A stretch of 64,000 nt of DNA from contig NC_089432.1 of NCBI RefSeq assembly GCF_026210795.1, forward strand, positions 2,604,001 through 2,668,000, in the 5' to 3' direction. This stretch comes from Rhizophagus irregularis (Eukaryota). A program made the translations under genes and the position numbers. Below, one piece after another: positions 55,348 through 64,000 of this stretch (within the stretch, counting starts at the first letter, position 1; each line of letters begins with the position of its first letter). The notes under the pieces are model-generated. The model ran no database searches. It was not told the origin of the DNA and saw only the letters and a list, made by a program, of their open reading frames with translations.

Positions 55348-58300
55348 ATGAATAAAGGAAATTTGAATAAAAAAGGTATTTATATTATTGTTATTAAAGA
55401 AATATATTTAAATTGTTACTTAATATCTTTTATTTTTAGGTAAAATTAGTTACAGGCCTTATTTAGTTTCTTCAAATAAAAAAAATGCAAAAAAAGTAGT
55501 TATTAATCGATATGCAAAAGGAAGTAACAAATATCGAGCCAAAAATTTATCTGAAAATATATATAAATCTACTGAAATAGTGGATGAAGATAGAAACAAT
55601 GATGAATGGATAGATATTGATATTATAAAAGAAGATGAAAACTATAGTTCTGCTAAAAATACATATAAAAATGCTCAAAAAAATTTGTCCGAAAATTGGA
55701 GAAAAATCTCACCAAAATTATTTGACATTATGATAGAAAATAATGCAATTAATAAGGACTCCAAATGCTTCAAATGTAATTCACCTGCCATTTGTTATTG
55801 TTTAGATTGTGGTCTTAATACTTATTTGTGTTTAGAGTGTAATACTTTATATCATAAGGATATAAATTTATTTCATAGAAAAGTTTTTATAAGTAATATT
55901 TTTGATAAAGAAGAAATAAAACTACCACAATTATGTACAGGATTTTGTGAGCATGAAATTAAGGAAATATCAATCATTAATTTAAAAGGTAAAGTATAAA
56001 TCTTATTTGTTATACTTTAATAAAATTTTCAATTAAATAAATATTGCATTAAATAGGAATATTTAAAGCAAAATTTCCAACTTGTGAAGGTTTGGTCGAA
56101 ACATTAATCAGGCATAAATTATTTCCTTCCACCCCTATAAATCCACAAGTTGCTTTCTCATTTGAATTATTTGATATTTATCAAGAATTATTACTCGAAG
56201 CACATGTATCATATCTTTCATTTTGTCGAGTATTAGAATCATTATTCTCTGATCAAGATATAACTAGAGTTAAGTTTTTAAAAAATTTCATTATATTAAT
56301 GTTATATAGTTTACTAATATGTTTTTATTATTATTAGAACATATATTATCTTTTTAAATCTGCTTTTCATCAATATTTAGGATTAAAAACTATGATTGAA
56401 AATACTATTAATAAGTTATTTAGTAGTAAATCACAATTTAATTGTCCAGCTTGTCCACAGGTAACTTTATTTTTTGCTTGATTTACTTCCCATTTATATT
56501 TTTAAAAACTTTTTTACATTATATTTTGAATTAATAAACAAATTTAATTATAGCCAGAAGAGAAAAACTCTAAAATTATAATTGCATTGGATGCTAATTT
56601 TCAACTTAAACGAATGAAAAGTGCTGGTTCTAATATTGGTGAAAGAATAATTGAAGAATCATTTATTTTAAACCAAAATAAATATGATGAATGGGTACAA
56701 AATTCGATTAATTTAAGTTCATTAAATACATTAAATATAAATAATAATAATGCGGTAAGTATTCTATATATATATTTGTTGTTTATTTAACTTCATTTAT
56801 TATTTTAATTTGTTAATTATTAATTATTTATTATTTCATTAAGCAAATAAATGTATGTGACAGCCATTTTAAAGCGGCTAATCAAACAAAAGCAAACCTT
56901 AAATCCAATTATTTGGACGATACAGGAATATTTGGAAGTACATGTAGGCACGGCATTCCTTTAAAATTTATTAATTTAAAAGGAATTGGGGAAAGGTAAT
57001 TTATATATTATTGTAATATTAACATTTGATATTAACATTAGTTATTCATATTATATAATTACATTTTTATAGATTTTCTTTAGCAGAATATATTTTATCA
57101 GATTTACATAATATGTTTTATGAAGATTCTTCTACATTTATTGTCTTATATGATATTGCATGCAATCTTCATTCACATGTAGAAAAAAGTGAAAGTAGAC
57201 TTTTTCCATTCAAATCTCGATTTAATTGGTGTGTTTCAATATTTCATGCCTATGCACATTCAATGAAATGCCAATTAAATTACCACCCAAGGGCTTGTAA
57301 TTCCATAGGATTAACTGATGGGGAAAGTTTAGAAAGACTGTGGTCATATTTAGGACGCTTTTCTTCTACAACAAGATATATGAGACCACATCATAGATTG
57401 GATATTTTAGAAAAAGGAATTCAGCATATAAGTAGAAAAATGATTAGTAATTTAGGTAATGTTCAATTAAATTTATGATAATTTAAAATATTTATATTTT
57501 AATTTATATTTTTATTTTATATCAGCATGTAACTTAGTTAAAAGGTTTAAAAATGCTTATAAAATAATGAATGTATCAGTAAAAATATTAAAAGAAATGG
57601 AACAAATGCATGGAATTGATGAAAGTAAAATACTTTATTATATTCAGTGCCAGTATGAATCCAATTTTGGTAAATATTATGTATTTTATTATGCTAATTT
57701 TTTAAAAATTAGTTTTAATATATGAGATTTTTAGTTTTTAGGCAACATTTAATTGGAAAAGAGTTGTATTTCTTAAACCTAATGGAATTACATCCATATG
57801 AGTATGTACTAATTTTATTCAAGTAATAATTATTTTAATATTACTAAATACTAATATTATTTTTTTAGGATTGAAATATCAAAAGCTAACTCTGAAAGAC
57901 AGTTGGAATCATTAAAAAGATCTCGCTCATTATATATAAAAAAAGTTGAAAAATGTGAATCAGATTTAGATATACCTGAATCAAAAAGATGGAATCCATT
58001 TAATCCTATATATTCCAAATATTTTCATGATTATTGTGAACGTAATTTGGATTTAATTTCTGATAAGCTTAGAAAATTTCGTAATGAATATATATTTAAA
58101 AATTCACAATTATATAATCAAGACCATATAGGTAATTATATATATTTGTAATCTTAACTTATTTATTAAAATATTATTTAACCATATTTATTTTTATTAG
58201 GTCATAAGTTAACATTAAAAATTAAATCAAGTATTAAAGATATTTCAAAACAAATTGAAATAAACATTTCATATTATGAATATTTCAGATTACTTGCACA

Positions 58301-58992
58301 AGAAAATTCATTTTGTAAAGATTATCCAAAAGCAATATTTAATGAAATAGTTAATCATACGTCAGATTTTTGGCAAATATTAGATATATCAATTAATGAT
58401 AAAATGGATAATATACCTCGAATAGTTATATTCAATTCAATTAAAAATTTTAATAATTTACAACGGTCTAAAGAAGAAATATCATTAATTGTGCAAGAAT
58501 TAAAAAGATTATATGATTTCTGGATGAATTATAAAATTAAAATTGAAAATAAATTACAACAATTACAACAATTTAATGAAAAAACTACAAAAAATGTAAG
58601 TATTATTCATTTTTATCTTGTAATTATTTTGAACAAGCTATTAATAATCTAAATAAAAAATTTGTTTGTAGTATGGAATGATTTGTATTTTGATGAAATA
58701 TTATAAAAATGTAAGTAAAAATTTAGAAAATTGTCAGATAGCTTTAAACAAAATTGAAAATTACAAAGTGAATAATACTGTACAAGTAGTAGATGTTCCA
58801 ATTTATGATTTAATTAATGAGATTGAGGAAGATAATCTTTTAAAAGGAGATTTAGCAGAAAATTTAACTGAATTAGAAATTTGTGATAATGAAGAATGTA
58901 TAGAATATGAAGGGGAAATAGTAGATAAAAGTAAAGATTGTGAAGAAGAAATAATAACAGAAGGTGAAAGTATGGATTATAAAATAGTATAA
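55348..58992 (+). CDS. KDZ-family transposase with N-terminal Cys clusters, 12 exons, about 945 aa
   Basis: CFKC..CLDC..CLEC..H; LFPSTPINPQVAFSFEL (CxC-type); CPACP; ALDANFQLKR; DTGIFGSTCRHG; GERF; YDIAC; FHAYAH...CQ; GLTDGESLERLWS. Exons total 2838 nt with no internal stop. Confidence 0.93.
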
Positions 58993-59636
58993 TCGATCCA
59001 AAAGGAGCAATATGAATTGAATATCTAATAAATCTGACAAATATTTTGATACTTAAAAAAATTAGTCATATATAATATAATATTTATTATAACAACTTTG
59101 AAATAAATAGAAGAAACCTATTTTACTTTAAAAATAACTTTTCTAACAATTTGATTAGGAGTTTAAAGCGGTAAAAAAATATTGCAATTAAAATATATTT
59201 TTATTTCTCTAAATTTTCTGCCACATTATTACCTTTTAGTTTAAATGGTTATGGCACAATTTCCTGACGGGATTACATTTGCCTGAAAGATTTGGCCAGT
59301 GTTATGCAGGTTATGCATGAACACGTGATCAAACGGCCAGCGTTAGGTTATTGGAAAAATGTCCTGTCAGGGAACAGTCCATAAGTGGTTTAAATAGACA
59401 ATCAAATATGAAAATACATTTTAAACAAAAAGAACATGCTATTTATAATATAACCTGTTAATAGTAAGTTATATGAGTATACTACTGTTATTATTTTAAA
59501 TGAGATCTATAATTATAAAGACACTATGATTGTCCATTTACTAATTAGGAGGTTCCTATAATCTATATATGAATACAGAAGCTGAATATAATTTAAATGA
59601 GAGGTCCAATATTGTCTGTAATTATGAGAGCTATTT

Positions 59637-61016
59637 TAAACTAAAGGACTATCATAATCTATAATTACGAGGACATTATTGTCCTCATTTTTAAACTGAA
59701 GGCACATCATAGTCCATAAATACGAGGACATTATTGTCCTCATTTTTAAGTTGAAGGTCTATCATAGTCCATAATTACGAGGACATTATTGTCCTCATTT
59801 TTAAACTAAAGGACTATCATAGTCCACAATTACGAGGACATTATTGTCCTCATTTTTAAAATGAAGATCTATCATTGTCCATAATTACGAGGACATTATT
59901 GTCCTCATTTTTAAACTAAAGGACTATCATGGTCCATAATTACGAGGACATTATTGTCCTCATTCTTAAATTGAAGGCACTTCATAGTCCATAATTATTA
60001 GGACATTATTGTCCTTATTTTTAAACTGAAGATCTATCATAGTCCATAATCACAGGGACATTATTGTCCTCATTTTTAAACTGAAGACACTTCATACTAG
60101 TCCATAATTACGAGGACATTATTGTCCTCATTTTTAAGTTGAAGGTCTATCATAGTCCATAATTACGAGGACATTATTGTCCTCATTTTTAAACTAAAGG
60201 CTTGTCATAGTCCATAATTACGAGGACATTATTGTCCTCATTTTTAAACTGAAGATCTATCATGGTCCATAATTACGAGGACATTATTGTCCTCATTCTT
60301 AAATTGAAGGCACTTCATAGTCCATAATTACAAGGACATTATTGTCCTCATTTTTAAACTAAAGAACTATCATAGTCTATAATTACGAGGACATTATTGT
60401 CCTCATTTTTAAATTGAAGGCACTTCATAGTCCATAATTACGAGGACATTATTGTCCTCATTTTTAAACTAAAGGACTATCATAGTCTATAATTACGAGG
60501 ACATTATTGTCCTCATTTTTAAATTGAAGGCACTTCATAGTCCATAATTACGAGGACATTATTGTCCTCATTTTTAAACTAAAGGACTATCATAGTCTAT
60601 AATTACGAGGACATTATTGTCCTCATTTTTAAACTGAAGGCACATCATTGTCCATAATTATTAGGACATTATTGTCCTCATTTTTAAACTGAAGATCTAT
60701 CATGGTCCATAATTACGAGGACATTATTGTCCTCATTTTTAAACTAAAGGACTATCATAGTCCATAATTACGAGGACATTATTGTCCTCATTCTTAAATT
60801 GAAGGCACTTCATAGTCCATAATTACGAGGACATTATTGTCCTCATTTTTAAACTAAAGAACTATCATAGTCCATAATTATGAGGACATTATTGTCCTCA
60901 TTTTTAAGCTGAATAAGGCGCATCATAGTCCATAATTATGAGGACATTATTGTCCTCATTTTTAAACTGAAGGCGCAACATAGTCCATAATTACGGGGAC
61001 ATTATTGTCCTCATTC
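59637..61016 (-). repeat. Right subterminal tandem array, about 25 x 55 bp, reverse complement of the left array
   Basis: GAGGACATTATTGTCCTCATTTTTAAACTGAAGGnnnnTCATAGTCCATAATTAC units at about 55-bp spacing. Confidence 0.97.
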
Positions 61017-62527
61017 TGAACCAATCAGATCCCGTGGGCTACATATGCCCATGGGCAGTTTATAAGCTATAAGTTAGCGCACGAACATCCAGCTTATAAA
61101 CTATGTCGATCATTTGGCTGGGGTGTGAAAATCTGGGAATTTTTTTTAATCAGATGATCGACGTTGCACACACCATTTTATTTGATCACCAAGAATATCA
61201 TCATACGAATGTACTGTATTATTACAGAAGATTATATCATAGTAATCTATTTAAAAAAAAAAATTTATATCAAAAAAAATTTCCATTATCAAATCTATTA
61301 TAAAAAAAATATATTCTTATAACCAAAGCCTATTGTTATTACTAAAAAAATCAATAGAACTATTACTTAATAGTATTGGAATGACACCAGTTTATACCAG
61401 GAAGCAAAAAAAAAGTAAATTTTTTTTATAACCGGGAACTAACTATTACTATAAATTAATATTAGTAAATGTCAGTTACCGATCGGGTAAAGTCCGATCT
61501 ATTGTTGGAAAAAAATTTTTAAAAAATCTTGAAAAAATTTCTAAATTAAAAAAAAAATCCTAAAAAAAAAACAAAAAAAAATTACTAAATGATCTATTAA
61601 AAATGATTTATCATTAAAAAAAAAATAAATGAAAATTACTAAAATGATTCTGTTAAAAAAAAAATAATGATAAATGACTAAACAATCTATTAAAAAAATA
61701 AAAAAAGTTACTAAATGATTATTAAAAAAAATAAAAAAAAGTTACTAAATAATCTATTAAAAAAAAATCAATAAAAATTACTATAAGATCTATTGTTAAA
61801 AAAAAATAATTGTTTAAAAAAATAAAATTACAAATGAAAAAAATTCCGATCCAAAAAAAAAATTAAAAAATTAAAAAATTACTAAACGAAAGAAAGGCCA
61901 AAGTCCGATCTATTGCTACAAAAAAAAAAAATCCTGAAGTTAATCTATTACGGTTAAAAAATCAGAGATAAAAAAAATTACTAATCGTATAAAGAAGAGC
62001 AATATTGTATTTACAATTTATTAACTTAACAAGTTAATTGTCTATTACTTATTAATCATATTAGCCAAAACTTCAATTACCAGAAACTAAAAAATTTTTA
62101 TATTAGTAATCAAACAGTAATCAATGGATTTGCTGATCAACTACTATATGAATATGGAATAGTTCAGGCGCAGACAAATCATATTCATATTCATAAGATC
62201 AGCCGCAGTTGTAATATGTCCTGCGGTAAAAAACTTAGTAAGAAAAAAATACATTAAAAAATAAAATTTAGCCGTAGTATAAATCAAATAAAGATACTGT
62301 AAGTGACAGTAACATTAGTAATTCACCAATCAACACTTTTAATTATACAATCACGGGACACGTTTCACAATTCAAAGATTATTTATACGGGTAATCTAAA
62401 CGTTACTGATCTACACAAATTATTTTTATTATATTAATTAATAATATAGATATAGATATAGATATAGATGAAAAAAAGTAATTTAAACAATTTTAGACTA
62501 ATAAATTTACTTAATAACATTAAATGC

Positions 62528-62633
62528 TAGGTCGGGTCAGTTATTTGACTCGATTCGTATTAAAATCCCATGTCATTTTATGACTTCAAATATATCCTCA
62601 AACCCGACCTGACTCGACCCTTTCTGGGATATT
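62528..62633. mobile_element. hAT MITE remnant related to 42333-42681
   Basis: Reverse complement reads TAATATCCCAGAAAGGGTCGAGTCAGGTC, matching TAGTGTTCCGAAGGGGTCGAGTCAGGTC at 42333. Confidence 0.6.
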
Positions 62634-64000
62634 AAAAAATGCATAAGATTGACACAAATTATTTCTAATTTTAGTAAGTACATTAAATCGATTTTGAGCA
62701 TCTTGATAACCTTGTTTAGCGGATTGTTCATACCAATAAATTGCTTTGTCTATATCTTTTCCGATTCCTTCTCCTTTTTCATGCATCAAAGCAAGATTAT
62801 ATTGAGCTATTTTATTCTCTAAACTTGCTGCTTTTCGGTATAATTCAACTGCCTTTTGTATATGAATATTAATGCCAATTCCATTATGATAACAATATCC
62901 TAACATCATTATTCCACCTGAGTATATTCCTTCAGCTGATTTTTTGTATAATTCAAAAGCTCTTTGATGATTTTCTTCAACACCATCTCCATTTCTATAG
63001 GAATTCCCAAGATTGCACATAGCTATCAAATGTCCATTAATTGCAGCTTTTTCATACCAATCTGCAGCCATGCTAAAATCTGTACTAACACTTAATCCGT
63101 TTTTATAAAACCAACCTAGTTTAAATTGCCCAATTGCAAAATCTTTATCGGCTAGTTTTTTATAATATTCGAATGCCAATTTATTATTTATTGTAGTTCC
63201 ATTTCCAAATTCATGGCATTCTCCAACAAAATATTGTGCTAATATGTGACCCTTTTCAGAGGCATCAATAAATAAACTAAATGCTTTCTCCTCATCCTCA
63301 GTTATTTCAATTCCATAATAATTAAAATATCCCAGAAAAAAAATGGAATTCGGATTGATTTGATTATTTAATAACCAATTATAAATTTCATATAAATTTG
63401 TATTATAAATATTTATAATCATAAGGACGTATTCTTTTGTTACATTTCCTTTGTTCAGCCCATTAAAAATACGATTAATTATTTCATCAATTATCATATT
63501 TAAATTCTTCTCGTTTTGTTGATAAATATTTACACCATTTGAACATGAAATAAATCCTTTTAGTCTACTAACAACTTCTTTTATAGATGGTCGTTTGTTT
63601 GGTTCACCATTCCAACATTCTAATGATCAAATATATATAATTGATTAATAAATATTAATTAAAAATAGTCAATGCATTCTAATCATACTTACCAGTATAA
63701 AGATTAGAATAATCACTAGGTGTGTTAGAAATAATCTCTTCTCTTTGACCTTGCGAAATTTTATACATTAAGCTAAAATTATAACTCTTCCCATGAAATG
63801 GTGGATACCCACTTGATATTTCCCATAATAGTACACCAATACTATATATATCACTTTTCTCATTTAGGTTTAAATTGTCATCCATTAGTACTTTTGGATC
63901 AATGTAGGGAACCCTACCAAATAATTTTGTTTGTGAATTAGATGCTTCTTCAATCCATTTTGATAATCCAAAATCGGCCAACTTGATGGAATTCTGATGA
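62598..64000 (-). CDS. TKL-type kinase-Sel1 gene (5' part beyond window end)
   Basis: DFG and KSDIYSIG exon, then an intron, then ECWNGEPNKRPS in frame with the 299-aa Sel1 ORF. Confidence 0.9.

Larger units (their letters stand above)
43032..61125 (+). mobile_element. 18.1-kb KDZ (Kyakuja-Dileera-Zisupton) DNA transposon with cargo genes
   Basis: Identical 129-bp TIRs (43032-43160, 60997-61125) beginning CACCCCAGCCAAATG; perfect 8-bp TSD TGAAAATC (43024-43031, 61126-61133); encodes a KDZ transposase. Confidence 0.95.

Noticed and set aside
61480..61990. A-rich degenerate repeats with GTCCGATCTATT
   Set aside because: Low complexity with no definable unit or termini; lies outside the KDZ TSD.

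Overview
Very AT-rich, intron-rich fungal genomic DNA. The gene families (tyrosine-kinase-like kinase fused to Sel1 repeats; multi-module kinases) point to an arbuscular mycorrhizal fungus such as Rhizophagus (Glomeromycotina); this is inferred from gene content. The background is a birth-and-death cluster of minus-strand kinase-Sel1 genes and pseudogenes, with many small transposons (PIF/Harbinger, hAT, Mutator, Tc1 and non-LTR). The main feature is an apparently intact 18,094-bp KDZ (Kyakuja-Dileera-Zisupton) DNA transposon at 43032-61125. It has perfect 129-bp terminal inverted repeats and a perfect 8-bp target duplication (TGAAAATC). Each end carries a mirror-image array of 55-bp hairpin-containing units (about 21 left, about 25 right). 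Inside are a 12-exon, about 945-aa KDZ transposase that splices without stops, an 8-exon HMG-box-like gene, a 5-exon 555-aa unknown gene behind six ACGCGT boxes, and decayed LINE passengers. All gene models were spliced by hand from GT-AG signals and have not been checked by database search.
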